64,000 nt of DNA, from assembly GCA_964528605.1 (NCBI GenBank), contig CAZGSV010000003.1:2094-66093 (forward strand). The letters are read 5' to 3'. A model generated the notes under the pieces. It was not told the DNA's origin. It was given only the letters and a program-made list of their open reading frames with translations, and did no database searches. The position numbers and the translations under genes were made by a program. The stretch's first letter is position 1; every line of letters begins with the position of its first letter. Source of the DNA: an uncultured Armatimonadia bacterium. GTDB lineage: Bacteria > Armatimonadota > Zipacnadia > CAZGSV01. Below, piece after piece: positions 47,204 to 57,346 of this stretch.

Positions 47204-48943
47204 ATGCCCGTGTCACTCGATCCTCTGGCGCCCTATCTTGACGAGGCCGCCACTTTGGTGGCGCAAGCGGCCGCCATGCCCAAGGAGGACGCACTGGCGG
47301 CGCTGGAGTGGCCGCCTGACCCTGCCCTGGGCCATGCTGCCTTCCCCTGCTTTGTGCTGGCCAAGCAGAGGCGGCAGCCGCCCGCGCGCATCGCCGCCGA
47401 ACTGGCTCAAAGCATCACCCCCGGGCCTCTTGTCGCGCGCGCGGAGGCCAAGGGGCCCTACCTCAACTTCTTCTTCGACCTGCGCTGCTTGGCCAGGGAT
47501 AGCGTCGAGAGCGCCGTGCGCCTGGGCGCGGATTGCGGACGAGGAGAGGAGGGCGCCGGCAAGACGGTGGTCATTGACTACTCCGCGCCCAACATCGCCA
47601 AGCCCTTCGGCATCGGCCACCTGCGCTCGACCATCATCGGCGGCGCGCTCTACAGAATCCACGAGCGCCTTGGGTGGGGCTGCGTGGGAATCAACTATAT
47701 GGGCGATTGGGGCACGCAGTTCGGCAGCCTGCTCTACGCTTACCGCACTTGGGGTGATCCGGCCCAACTGGAGGCCAATGCGGTAGGGCACCTCTACCAA
47801 CTCTATGTCCGCTTCCACCGGGAACTCGAGCGCGATCCCTCGCTCGCGGACCAGGCCCGCGACTGGTTCCGCCGACTGGAGAACGACGAGCCCGAGGCCA
47901 TTGCGCTCTGGCGGGAGTTCCGCGACCTGAGCCTGCGCGAGTTCAAGCGCCTCTACCAGCGCCTCGGGGTGGACTTCGACTACTACGAGGGCGAATCGTT
48001 CGAGCGGCAGGGGGCGCAGCGGCTGGTCGAGCAGGCGTTGCGCGACGGCATCGCGCAAGAGGACGAAGGCGCCGTTATCATCCCGCTGCAGGAGGACGAG
48101 CCCCCCCCTGGTGCGGAGGCGCTGCCGCCGGCACTGCTGCGCAAGTCGGACGGAACTACCCTCTATGAGACGCGCGATCTGGCCGCCGCGGTCAGGCGCT
48201 GGGAGCGCTTTCACTTCGACCTCATGCTCTACGTCGTCGGCGCGCCGCAGGCCTTGCACTTCAAGCAACTGTTCGCCGCGCTGCGCCGCCTCGGGTGCGA
48301 CTGGGCCGACCGCTGCCGCCACGTCGCCTTCGGACATCTCCGCCTGGGCGGCAAGATGATGTCCACGCGGCGCGGCCAACTGGTGCTGCTCGAGGAGGTG
48401 CTGGACGAGGCGCAGGCGCTGGCGCTGAGAATGATCGAAGAGAAGAACCCTGACGTGCAGGGCAAGCCGGAAGTGTCTCGCCGGCTTGCGGTGGGCGCGC
48501 TCTTCTTTGGCGACCTGGTCAACGACCGCACCCAAGACGTCGAATTCGACTGGGATCAAGTGCTCAACCTCGAGGGCGACACCGGCCCTTACATCCAATA
48601 TGCTTGCGTGCGCATCAGCAGCATCTTCCGCAAGTTCGGCGCCGACCTGCCGCAGTCCGCCGACTTCGGCCTTCTGCAGGCTGACGCCGAACGCGACCTC
48701 ATTCTCGGGATTGCGCGCTTCCCGTTTGTCGTGCGTTCGGCCGCGCGCACGCTCAAGCCCTCCGTCGTGGCGCGCTATACGCTCGACCTCGCTAAGCAGT
48801 TCAGCCAGTTCTACCATCAGTGCCCAGTGCTGCAAGCGGAGCCGTCGCTGCGCGAGGCGCGCCTGCTGCTCTGCCGCGCCGCGCAGGCCACGCTGGAAAG
48901 CGGCCTCTCACTGCTCGGCATCCCCACCGTGCAAGAGATGTGA
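47204..48943 (+). CDS. argS: arginine--tRNA ligase
   Basis: NIAKPFGIGHLRSTIIG (HIGH-region variant), anticodon-binding C-terminal domain ending ...LLGIPTVQEM. ATG at 47204 chosen over the long upstream extension. Confidence 0.9.
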   Translation: MPVSLDPLAPYLDEAATLVAQAAAMPKEDALAALEWPPDPALGHAAFPCFVLAKQRRQPPARIAAELAQSITPGPLVARAEAKGPYLNFFFDLRCLARDSVESAVRLGADCGRGEEGAGKTVVIDYSAPNIAKPFGIGHLRSTIIGGALYRIHERLGWGCVGINYMGDWGTQFGSLLYAYRTWGDPAQLEANAVGHLYQLYVRFHRELERDPSLADQARDWFRRLENDEPEAIALWREFRDLSLREFKRLYQRLGVDFDYYEGESFERQGAQRLVEQALRDGIAQEDEGAVIIPLQEDEPPPGAEALPPALLRKSDGTTLYETRDLAAAVRRWERFHFDLMLYVVGAPQALHFKQLFAALRRLGCDWADRCRHVAFGHLRLGGKMMSTRRGQLVLLEEVLDEAQALALRMIEEKNPDVQGKPEVSRRLAVGALFFGDLVNDRTQDVEFDWDQVLNLEGDTGPYIQYACVRISSIFRKFGADLPQSADFGLLQADAERDLILGIARFPFVVRSAARTLKPSVVARYTLDLAKQFSQFYHQCPVLQAEPSLREARLLLCRAAQATLESGLSLLGIPTVQEM

Positions 48944-48978
48944 GGGCCCGCACTGGGCCGCACAGAGGATGCACTGGG

Positions 48979-49932
48979 ATGACGTCCCACATCGCGGGCG
49001 TGACACTCTTCGATGCGCAGGAGGGATTGACCGTCCGTGCGCCGGAGGGCAGCGGACCGGGCTGGTGGGCGGGCGCGCCTGGAGTGCTCTGGGATGAGGA
49101 GGCGGCCAGGTTCTATCTCTACTACCGCTTGCGCCAGCGGCGCCCCGGCAGAGGATACGAGTGTCGCCTCGCGGAGTCCGAGGACGGGGTGCAGTTTCGC
49201 GACCTCTGGGCCGCGCGCAAAGAGGAGTTTCCCACGCTTTCGATGGAGCGCGCCGCCCTCGTCAAGGTGCCCGGCGGCCCGTACCGGCTGTACGGCGGCT
49301 TGGTGGACGCGGACGGGCGCTGGGGGATTGACCTAGTGGAGGCGGAGCACCCGGGCTTGTTTCGCGTGGACAGACGCCGCCCCGTGCTCCGCGCGCCGGC
49401 ATTGGGCCTAGAGGGCGTGAAGGATCCCTGGATTCGGCGTAGGGGGGGGCAGTGGTGGATGTGGTGCAGTTATGCGCCACGGCCGGCCAAGCAGGTCAGC
49501 GCGCAAGAGATGCACGGAAGCGGCGACGTCTACGACACCGGCCTCACCAAGTCGCACTCCGGCTTGGCCGTGAGCAACGATGGCGTAGAGTGGGAATGGC
49601 GGGGCGACGTTCTCTCGCCCGGTCAGGGCTGGGACTCGTATTGCGCCCGGATCTCTTGCGTGCTTGAGGCGGGCGGCTCCTGCGTTGGCCTCTACGACGG
49701 CAGCGCCAGCGTGGCGGAGAACTATGAGGAGCGCACAGGGCTCGCCGTGTCATCCGACGGCGTCCATTTCAGGAGTGCGAGCGAAAGCGGGCCGGTATTG
49801 GTGTCGCCTCGCGGCAGCGGCTCGCTCCGCTACCTTGACGTCGTCGAGCGCGAAGGCTGCCGGTTCTTCTACTACGAGTACTGCCTGGCCGACGGCTCGC
49901 ACGAGTTGCGCGTGAGCCGAGTGAAGCGCTAG
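48979..49932 (+). CDS. beta-propeller glycosidase-like protein (GH43/GH130-like fold)
   Basis: 317 aa with repeated GxxxDxW/ DGxxW blades (VKDPWI, GLAVSNDGVEW, GLAVSSDGVHF). Family assignment uncertain. Confidence 0.35.
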   Translation: MTSHIAGVTLFDAQEGLTVRAPEGSGPGWWAGAPGVLWDEEAARFYLYYRLRQRRPGRGYECRLAESEDGVQFRDLWAARKEEFPTLSMERAALVKVPGGPYRLYGGLVDADGRWGIDLVEAEHPGLFRVDRRRPVLRAPALGLEGVKDPWIRRRGGQWWMWCSYAPRPAKQVSAQEMHGSGDVYDTGLTKSHSGLAVSNDGVEWEWRGDVLSPGQGWDSYCARISCVLEAGGSCVGLYDGSASVAENYEERTGLAVSSDGVHFRSASESGPVLVSPRGSGSLRYLDVVEREGCRFFYYEYCLADGSHELRVSRVKR

Positions 49933-49967
49933 GCAGCGCGCGCCCGCGGTTGTAGCGTCGGGCGGGG

Positions 49968-52868
49968 GTGCGGTTCGGGTATTGGCCTGCTACAATCGCG
50001 GCCAGGCCTCCGAAGGGATGGGTGATCGTGAGAGCAGCGCTGATCTGCCTTCTGTTCCTGGTGTTCGCGCCGGCGGCGTGCGCGCACTACTTGCCGCCGG
50101 AGACTTCCACGCTGACCGCCTGCCGCACTGCCTCGCCGCCGCAGATTGACGGCGCGCTGTCAGAGGCCTGCTGGTCGGGCGCGACGCCGACAGGGCCGTT
50201 CGTGTTGCTCGGCCAGAGCACGCCCGCGGCCCAGGCCACGGAGGGGTACCTCTGCTGGGATGACGACAACCTCTACGTCGGCATGGTGTGCGACGAGGAC
50301 GCTATGGATCGTCTGGTGGCCGAGGAGCGCGCCCGCGACGACGGCCAGTGGCGCGACGACTGCGTGGAGATAGTCCTGCAGCCGCAGAAGGACTACTACC
50401 ACTTCATCCTGACCACTATCGGCAGCCGCTACGACGCGGTCACGCGCAACGGCGAAGCGGACGAGTCCTGGAATCCCGAATGGCAATACGCGGTGCGCAA
50501 GGACGCGGATCGCTGGACCGCCGAGATCGCCATCTCCTTCGCCATTCTCGCAGCGCGCCCCAAAGTCGGCGAGCGCTGGCGGGCCAACCTGTGCCGCGAA
50601 GAGCAGCCGCACGGCGAACTGAGCACCTGGTCGGCTGGCCACACGGGTTTTGAGGAGCCCGAGCGGTTCGGCACTTTGGTCTTTGCCGATGAGGCTTCGC
50701 GCCTCACGGTCACTTCCTGGGGCGCCCTGCTCTCGACGCAGCCCGTCTGGTCCGCAGCGCTGGAAGGACTCGCCGCCGGCCGCGCCGTCAGTACTCAGGC
50801 CCGCGTCGTCCTGCGCAGCGAGCGGGGAGAGGCGCTCGCCAGCCCGGAGGTGGCGCTGCGCGGGGGCGACACGCGGATAGCCGCGGAGTTCCCCAAGCCG
50901 GGCGAGGGCCAATGGGCCATCATCGCCTCTGTCCGACGGGCGGGACGTTGGGAGTACCGCCACGTGCTTCCGTTCTTCATACCCGCGGGCCTTCCCAGCG
51001 CGGAGGCTCCGCTGGAGCGGCTGGACGCGCTGCAGGCGCAGGCGAGCGGCCTCGACCTGGGCAGCGCAGCAGGGGAGTACGCGTCAATGCTGACGGAGAC
51101 GCGACAGGACGTCCACGAGATGGCGGCTGCCCTCACGGCCTGGACCGCAGCCACACCCTGGCGCGACACCGGCCGCCGCCTGCAAAGCGTTCTCCGCAAG
51201 GTCGGCTGGCTCGAGCAGGTCGCCGCCTCCTACGAGAACCCCGAGCCGGTGCAGGTCTCGCCTCACCCCCTCGCGACCTCCCACGTGTTGAAGCCGCTCA
51301 GCCGCTACTTCGAGGCCCGGGACAGGCTGGGCTACGTGGTCTGGCTCGCCAACCCGTGGCTCGACTTCGAGGCCGAGGTAGAGCCCGAGCGACTGGCGAG
51401 CGTTGAAGCGGTGGAGATGCACGGCGCTCAGGGCGAGACTAAGAACCTCGCCCTCATGGTGAGCAACATCTCCCAGCGCCCGCTCACTTTGCGCGTCGAG
51501 GCCTCGCCGCTCCGGAGCGAAGCGGGCGCCTCTCTCGGAACGCCGACGGTGAGGCGGGCGGTCTGGATTCGCCGCAGCCTCTACGCCGAGGAGACCGTGG
51601 CCGATCCCCTGCCGCGACTCGACGGCGCCGGCCTGCTCGAAATCCCGCCCGGTGAAACGCGGCAGTTGTTCGTGTCGCTGGCGACCGAGGGCGCGCCCAC
51701 TGGCGCCTACGCCGGCGCGTTGCGCCTGCGGCCGCTGGGGTTCTTCGACGAGAGAACCATCAGCCTGACGCTAACGGTGCACCCGGTCGAACTGGAACTG
51801 GGCCCTGCACCGCGCATCTGCACCTGGGGAGCCATCCTCGGCATCAGCTGGGCCACGCCCGACGCCATGCCTTACCTCGAGGACGCCGCCGCGCGTGGGG
51901 TCAACGTCTTCTTCGTGCCGCCGCCGTTCGTGCTGCCGAAACTCGACAAGGAGGGCAATATCGTTGCCCCCATTGACTGGACCAAGCACGACGAATACGT
52001 GAACACCTACCGCAAGTACGGCCTGATCGTGGAGGCCTACAGCGCGGCCGAGTACTTTGACGAGGTCGCGGCTGCCGCCGGCATCGAGTTCATGTCGCCC
52101 GCATACCGCAAGGCCTACTCCGCCTGGATCACCGAATGGGTGGCGCACCTCAAAGCCATGGGCCTCGACTACGATGACTTCGCCTTCCAACTGTACGACG
52201 AGCCCAGTGAGGGAGTGCGCTACGAGAAGCACGTTGCGGTGGGCAGGCTGATGAAGGAGATTGACCCCAAGGCGCGCGTGGTCATCACCGCGAACACCAG
52301 GAACTTGGACAGACTGCGGGCGCTGGCCACGGGGGTGGACATCTGGGTGCCGCACATCAGCACGCTGCGCGATAAGGCGGCGGTGGAGTTCATCCGCTCG
52401 ACCGGCAAGGAAATCTGGTGCTACGCGTGCGAGGGCTGGTCCAAGACGCTGCACCCCATCTCCTACTATCGTCTCCTCCCTTGGGAGGCGGCGCACTACG
52501 GCGCCACCGGCTGGGGCTTCTTTGCGCATATGTGGTGGGGCGAGGACACCTGGGGGGTGTGGGGCGCGCGCGGCAGCGAGAAGCAGGACGGTTCCACCTA
52601 CTCGACCGTCTACCCGGCGGTTGACGGGCCGGTCAGTTCGCGCCGTTGGGAAGCCTACAACGAGGGCCGGCAGGACTACCTCTACCTGAGGCTGCTGGCC
52701 GAGCGGGTGGCGCGGGGCGATGCCGCGGCCGCGGCGCTGCTCAAGGAAGCGGACGCGCTGGCAGTGTCCCTGCTGCGTGAGGGCTACCCGACCAGGCTGC
52801 CGGCCGACGCCGACCCAAACGCGCTCGAGGTCATGCGGGCCAAGATGCTGGAGGCGCTGCTAAGGTAA
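49968..52868 (+). CDS. large secreted protein with N-terminal CBM9-like domain and DUF4091-like glycoside-hydrolase-like C-terminal region
   Basis: Signal peptide (IVRAALICLLFLVFAPAACA); N-terminal carbohydrate-binding-like domain. C-terminal segment (DYDDFAFQLYDEP...WCYACEGW) resembles DUF4091. Confidence 0.4.
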   Translation: MRFGYWPATIAARPPKGWVIVRAALICLLFLVFAPAACAHYLPPETSTLTACRTASPPQIDGALSEACWSGATPTGPFVLLGQSTPAAQATEGYLCWDDDNLYVGMVCDEDAMDRLVAEERARDDGQWRDDCVEIVLQPQKDYYHFILTTIGSRYDAVTRNGEADESWNPEWQYAVRKDADRWTAEIAISFAILAARPKVGERWRANLCREEQPHGELSTWSAGHTGFEEPERFGTLVFADEASRLTVTSWGALLSTQPVWSAALEGLAAGRAVSTQARVVLRSERGEALASPEVALRGGDTRIAAEFPKPGEGQWAIIASVRRAGRWEYRHVLPFFIPAGLPSAEAPLERLDALQAQASGLDLGSAAGEYASMLTETRQDVHEMAAALTAWTAATPWRDTGRRLQSVLRKVGWLEQVAASYENPEPVQVSPHPLATSHVLKPLSRYFEARDRLGYVVWLANPWLDFEAEVEPERLASVEAVEMHGAQGETKNLALMVSNISQRPLTLRVEASPLRSEAGASLGTPTVRRAVWIRRSLYAEETVADPLPRLDGAGLLEIPPGETRQLFVSLATEGAPTGAYAGALRLRPLGFFDERTISLTLTVHPVELELGPAPRICTWGAILGISWATPDAMPYLEDAAARGVNVFFVPPPFVLPKLDKEGNIVAPIDWTKHDEYVNTYRKYGLIVEAYSAAEYFDEVAAAAGIEFMSPAYRKAYSAWITEWVAHLKAMGLDYDDFAFQLYDEPSEGVRYEKHVAVGRLMKEIDPKARVVITANTRNLDRLRALATGVDIWVPHISTLRDKAAVEFIRSTGKEIWCYACEGWSKTLHPISYYRLLPWEAAHYGATGWGFFAHMWWGEDTWGVWGARGSEKQDGSTYSTVYPAVDGPVSSRRWEAYNEGRQDYLYLRLLAERVARGDAAAAALLKEADALAVSLLREGYPTRLPADADPNALEVMRAKMLEALLR

Positions 52869-52994
52869 GGCGTCTGCGCCTCGGCGAGCAAGGTTCCTCT
52901 CGGACCGCGCGAGGTTGTAGCGCCCTGACTCCGTGCAGGGCTGCCTCGTGGCGCGAACGGCCGCCGCCCGGCGCCGGAACTTGCTTCCGCGAGT

Positions 52995-53840
52995 TCAGAA
53001 CCCAAGCAACCGCAATGGAATGCCGATGATGAGCGCGACCACGAGGTCGAACGCTTTCAGGTAGATCGCGTCCCGCCGGGTGTGGTGCAACAGCGGCAGC
53101 AGCCCGTGCCCATCCTGGACCAAGGAATTGGTCAACAGCACGGAGAAAGGCGCCTGGTGCTTCAGGAACATAAGTGTGAACGCCAGGTGCGGCCCCGAAG
53201 TCGGCAGTAGACCGATGATGGCGCCCGCGAAGAGCAAGCCAAGACTACCGCCGGGCGCCAAGGCGCCGACCTTGAGCCGCGTGCCCACCAGGTCGAGAAC
53301 GATTATCATGCCGAAGATCCAGGCCGCCAGCGCCGGCAGGTGGCGCCGGAGGATGTGGTCCCACACGTGCTCCGTAAGGAAGTGGCGCGCGCCGCGGAAG
53401 CACTCTTCCGGGTCCTCGTGAACGGTCACCGCGCACTCCTTGCACAGTTCGAGGTTGAGCCGCTTGGTCAGCCAGTCGGCCGCAAATCCGCCGAGCACCC
53501 CGACGGCGCCGCACACGCCCAAGAGCAGAGGGAGCGTCCTGGGTATCAACCTGACCATCATGAGGCCCTCGTCCCCGACCGACGCCAGCATCACCGCCAC
53601 CAGCGCCCAGAAACTGGCGATGCCCCTGACGTAGAGCCCGACTACCAGCCAGTCCGTAACGCACCCGGGCACCAAGCCTAGCAGAGCGGCCAGCACGTAC
53701 TGCCGCCAGGGCTTGCCGGTGAAAGCGCTGCGGACGCGGCCGCGCCAGCGCAACTCGGCGTACTCGATGACGACCATCAGCACGAACACGATCGCCGTGG
53801 TCTTGGCCGCTTCCTTGAGCGATCCGAGAAAGACTGTCAT
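52995..53840 (-). CDS. polytopic integral membrane protein, function unknown (cytoplasmic Cys/His loop)
   Basis: About eight predicted TM helices. LCKECAVTVHEDPEECF loop. ATG at 53840. Confidence 0.4.
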   Translation of the reverse strand: MTVFLGSLKEAAKTTAIVFVLMVVIEYAELRWRGRVRSAFTGKPWRQYVLAALLGLVPGCVTDWLVVGLYVRGIASFWALVAVMLASVGDEGLMMVRLIPRTLPLLLGVCGAVGVLGGFAADWLTKRLNLELCKECAVTVHEDPEECFRGARHFLTEHVWDHILRRHLPALAAWIFGMIIVLDLVGTRLKVGALAPGGSLGLLFAGAIIGLLPTSGPHLAFTLMFLKHQAPFSVLLTNSLVQDGHGLLPLLHHTRRDAIYLKAFDLVVALIIGIPLRLLGF

Positions 53841-53941
53841 GTCTGGCCTGGTGTTGGACCCAGGCACCCTGGGCCTCGTGCCCCGGGACCTGGTCAGAGC
53901 GCCGGCGCCGAGCCGGGCAAAGCCCCGGCGCCCGAGCCCGC

Positions 53942-54595
53942 CTAGTCAGAATACGAGATGTCCCAGTACTTGCGCCAGACGTTCTCGGACACTACCTGCG
54001 GGCTGGCCGGCGCGGGGTTGCCGGCCTCGTCGGCGTGGTCGGTGTCGCTGTGATACATCTCCGGCCGCATCCACTCGCTGTGCCCGTCAGCGAAGAGCAC
54101 ATTGGACCCGCCGTTGTGCACCCGACACACCGCCCAGTAGCAGAGCGCGCCCCCCTGGAACAGTCCTACCGGCCCGCACGGCGGACCCGCGAGACACCTG
54201 TCCCATTCGACCAGCAGAATCTTGTCGGCCGGTGCGGTGACGGCCGCAGCCCCCCTCCCCGGGAAGCCAGCCACGTAAGGGCTCTGACAGCCGACGTTGT
54301 AGCCGTGACCGTAGAACCACGACAGGTCAGGCCGGCTCGGGCACTTGAAGAAGGTTTCCTTGGTCACGAAGGGCGCTATCCGTTCCTTCCACTTGTAGGC
54401 CAAGGGATACCGCTCCTGCCAGTCGGTGACATACATAGAAAAGGCCATCCCCATCTGGCGCATGTTCGAGAGGCAGGTCGTCTTGCGCGCCGCCTCGCGC
54501 GCCCTGGCTATGACGGGGAAGAGGATGGCAGCCAGAATGGCAATGATAGCGATGACGACCAGCAACTCGATGAGGGTGAAGCCTCGCTTGGCCAA
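53942..54595 (-). CDS. prepilin-type N-terminal cleavage/methylation protein with H-X9-DG (DUF1559-like) C-terminal domain
   Basis: [28 protein letters not shown] class-III signal and LFADGHSEW motif. TTG start 7 nt after a GGGAGGG RBS. Confidence 0.8.
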   Translation of the reverse strand: MAKRGFTLIELLVVIAIIAILAAILFPVIARAREAARKTTCLSNMRQMGMAFSMYVTDWQERYPLAYKWKERIAPFVTKETFFKCPSRPDLSWFYGHGYNVGCQSPYVAGFPGRGAAAVTAPADKILLVEWDRCLAGPPCGPVGLFQGGALCYWAVCRVHNGGSNVLFADGHSEWMRPEMYHSDTDHADEAGNPAPASPQVVSENVWRKYWDISYSD

Positions 54596-54728
54596 ACTGA
54601 GCCCTCCCGCGGGACGGTGGCACGATTCCCTGAATCGTAACACTGGCGCCCCGGCCGGGCAAGTCCCGGAGCGCGGGACGGGCGTGCCGCTCTCAGGCTG
54701 TTTGCCCTGGCAGGACGAAGATGCCAGA

Positions 54729-56156
54729 ATGCGGCCCCTGGTGACCGCGATGAATAGTGTGACTGAATCGGCGAGACAACTGGCGGTCGTCGCGCAGGCC
54801 GAGGTGCTCGTGGCCGGCGGCGGCGTCTCCGGCCTGGCGGCGGCGATCTGCGCGGGGCGGGCGGGGGCGCAGACGATGCTCCTAGAGCGCACTAGCCTGC
54901 TGGGCGGGACCGCTACCGCCGGCCTGATGGCCAACGTGACGAATCACTGTTTTGAGAAGAGCGGCCGGCAGGTAGTGAAGGGCTTTACGGAGGAGTTCCT
55001 GAACCGCCTCGCCGAGCGCGACGGGGGGCTGCGAGATTGGCGGCATCCCGAGGTTCCCCAGGTGCCTTTCGACCCGGAGGTATTCCAACTGGTCGCGATG
55101 GAGATGCTGCGCGAGGTCAAGGTGCGGGTGTGGCTGGAGACTTGGGCTGTCGGCGTGCTGACGGAGGAGGGGAAAGTCACGGGGATCGTCGTCGAGACCC
55201 GCGGCGGGCGCAAGGCGCTACGCGGCAACGTCACGGTTGATTGCACCGGTGACGCGGACCTAGCCTGCCTCGCTGGCGCAGAGATGCGCGTCGGCCACGG
55301 TGGGCACAGCCTCGAGTTCCGAATGGGAAACGTTGACCTGGAGCGTGCCTACCAATTCGTCCGCGATAACGCGCGCAACTTCATCGAGAAGTCGGACGTG
55401 CCGACCCTGTTTGCCGAGTTTTGCCGCAACTGGGAGGAGCGCGGCCTGTTCCATCTGCCGCACGGCGGCGGCCGCGAGATGCCGCTGTTGCAGGAGGCCA
55501 TCAAGCGAGGCGAGTTCAAGGCCGAGGACGGGCGGGCCTACGGCATGGACTCGCTGGGGATGTACGCGGTGCGCGGCGACAGCACCGTGATCGTCAACGC
55601 CAACTTCTTCCGCTTCGACGTCTTCGACCCGGACGAGTACACCGCGGTGCAGTTCGAGGCGCGCGAGAAGTGCTTCTATGTCGCGGACTTTCTGCGGCGG
55701 CACTTCCCCGGGTTCGAGAACGCCTTCATCGTGGCAACCGCACCCACGCTGGGGCTGCGGCGGACCCGCTGCATAACAGGCGCCTATGTGCTCAACGACG
55801 ATGACCTGCGGCGCGGCGCGCAGTTCGACGATGTCGTGGGCCTGGCGAGCGAGATTCGCCAGGAGGCGAGGCTGGAGCGGGCGGTCGAGATTCCCTATCG
55901 GTGTCTGCTGCCGCAGCGGGTAGAGGGGCTTCTCGTCGCCTCGGGCAAGACCATCTCGACGGACCCGTGCGCCCTCATCCGGGGGCAGGCTCACTGCATG
56001 ACCATCGGGCAGGCGGCGGGCGTGGCCGCCACGCTCTCCTCGCGGCCCGGCGTCGTTCCCTCACAACTGGACGTGAAGGCGCTGCAGCGCGCGCTGCTGG
56101 CGCAGAATGTCTTCCTCGGCGACGCCGACCGACTGAGCGCCCTCGGTCTGTCCTAG
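54729..56156 (+). CDS. FAD-dependent oxidoreductase (FAD_oxidored-type)
   Basis: [21 protein letters not shown] dinucleotide-binding motif. 475 aa. Divergent from the pilin-like gene. Confidence 0.7.
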   Translation: MRPLVTAMNSVTESARQLAVVAQAEVLVAGGGVSGLAAAICAGRAGAQTMLLERTSLLGGTATAGLMANVTNHCFEKSGRQVVKGFTEEFLNRLAERDGGLRDWRHPEVPQVPFDPEVFQLVAMEMLREVKVRVWLETWAVGVLTEEGKVTGIVVETRGGRKALRGNVTVDCTGDADLACLAGAEMRVGHGGHSLEFRMGNVDLERAYQFVRDNARNFIEKSDVPTLFAEFCRNWEERGLFHLPHGGGREMPLLQEAIKRGEFKAEDGRAYGMDSLGMYAVRGDSTVIVNANFFRFDVFDPDEYTAVQFEAREKCFYVADFLRRHFPGFENAFIVATAPTLGLRRTRCITGAYVLNDDDLRRGAQFDDVVGLASEIRQEARLERAVEIPYRCLLPQRVEGLLVASGKTISTDPCALIRGQAHCMTIGQAAGVAATLSSRPGVVPSQLDVKALQRALLAQNVFLGDADRLSALGLS

Positions 56157-56215
56157 CGAGCGCCCCCCTGGCGCGTAGAGGCGTATTGCCATACGCCCCT
56201 GCGCACGATGCTCCC

Positions 56216-57346
56216 CTACTGCTGCGCGCCGGCTTGCGCCCCGCCGGCCGGCGGTGGGTGCGCCGCCAGGGCCTCCTGCGCGAACCGGACAGCGTTGCGC
56301 CAGACGCGGACTTGCGCCGCCGCGTCCGTATGGTACCCGGTTCCTGACGCCACTTGCCGTATGACCACGACGTCCACCTCGCCGCCGCTCTCAATCTCCA
56401 TGATCTCGCCCTGGTAGCGCCGGAACTTGGCCTCCTTCTTTTCCTGAGCCGTCTGCGTCTTCCAGAAAGCCCGCGAGGCCGCGGGCGGCGGCTCCGCGCG
56501 CTTTTCCGCAAACGCAGCCAGTCCGAACGCGGGTCGCGCCAGCACTACGCAGTACAGGTAGGGATAGGCAGTGCCCTGCACGCTGTTGAGGGACACCTGC
56601 GTCTGCACGCCGATGAACTCCGGGGGGGCGCCCGTGAGCTCGAACAGCAGCCGGCAATCGGTGGGTGTGCGCTTGGGTTCCTTGCCCGACAACTCCAACA
56701 TGGGCACGCACTGGAGCGGCATCTTTGGGTCGCGCTGCAACTCTCTGTAGACGTTGAGCAGCGGCTCCAGTTTGAGCGCGATCTGCGGCGGTTCCCAAAC
56801 CAGCGCCCATCCGGAGAGCCAGAAGGGAATGAGCAGCAGCAGCGAGTCCACCACCCACACCGCCAGCAGGCTGTCCGTAGCCGGGCGCATGCCGAGCAAG
56901 GCCCAGAACTGATCTCCCACGTCCAATGGCGGGGGCCCACCGACCTCGTACAGGCCGACCGTTACGCCGCCCACGAGCACGAGATACCCCAGGAATCCCA
57001 AGCAGCCCCAGCCGCAGCCGAGGCCGAAGCGCGAGGCCCGCCGCTTGGCCTCCTCGGCTTGCCCGTGGAGCGCGGCGAGCCGCTTGAGTTCCTCGACGGT
57101 CACCCGCTCCCACTTGCGCTCGCGCGAGACGGGCGCTTTGGCGCTCCTCACCGACCGTAGGATCAACAGCCCCACGCCGACCACATAGACCAGCGTCCCG
57201 AGCAGGCCCGCCACCAGCAACTGCAATGCCGCCCCCGCGAGCAGCGCCGCCCCGGCAAGCACAAGGCGCGCCCTGCGCGGCAGCCCCGGGGCGAATAGGT
57301 ACTTGGGCTGTGGCGGCTTCTCCGTCGCCTGGGAGCGCTTAGCCAT
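56216..57346 (-). CDS. polytopic membrane protein, last gene of the rSAM operon
   Basis: 376 aa, 4-5 predicted TM helices, GLGCGWGCLGFLGYLV segment. ATG overlaps the rSAM stop (ATGGCTAA). Confidence 0.45.
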   Translation of the reverse strand: MAKRSQATEKPPQPKYLFAPGLPRRARLVLAGAALLAGAALQLLVAGLLGTLVYVVGVGLLILRSVRSAKAPVSRERKWERVTVEELKRLAALHGQAEEAKRRASRFGLGCGWGCLGFLGYLVLVGGVTVGLYEVGGPPPLDVGDQFWALLGMRPATDSLLAVWVVDSLLLLIPFWLSGWALVWEPPQIALKLEPLLNVYRELQRDPKMPLQCVPMLELSGKEPKRTPTDCRLLFELTGAPPEFIGVQTQVSLNSVQGTAYPYLYCVVLARPAFGLAAFAEKRAEPPPAASRAFWKTQTAQEKKEAKFRRYQGEIMEIESGGEVDVVVIRQVASGTGYHTDAAAQVRVWRNAVRFAQEALAAHPPPAGGAQAGAQQ

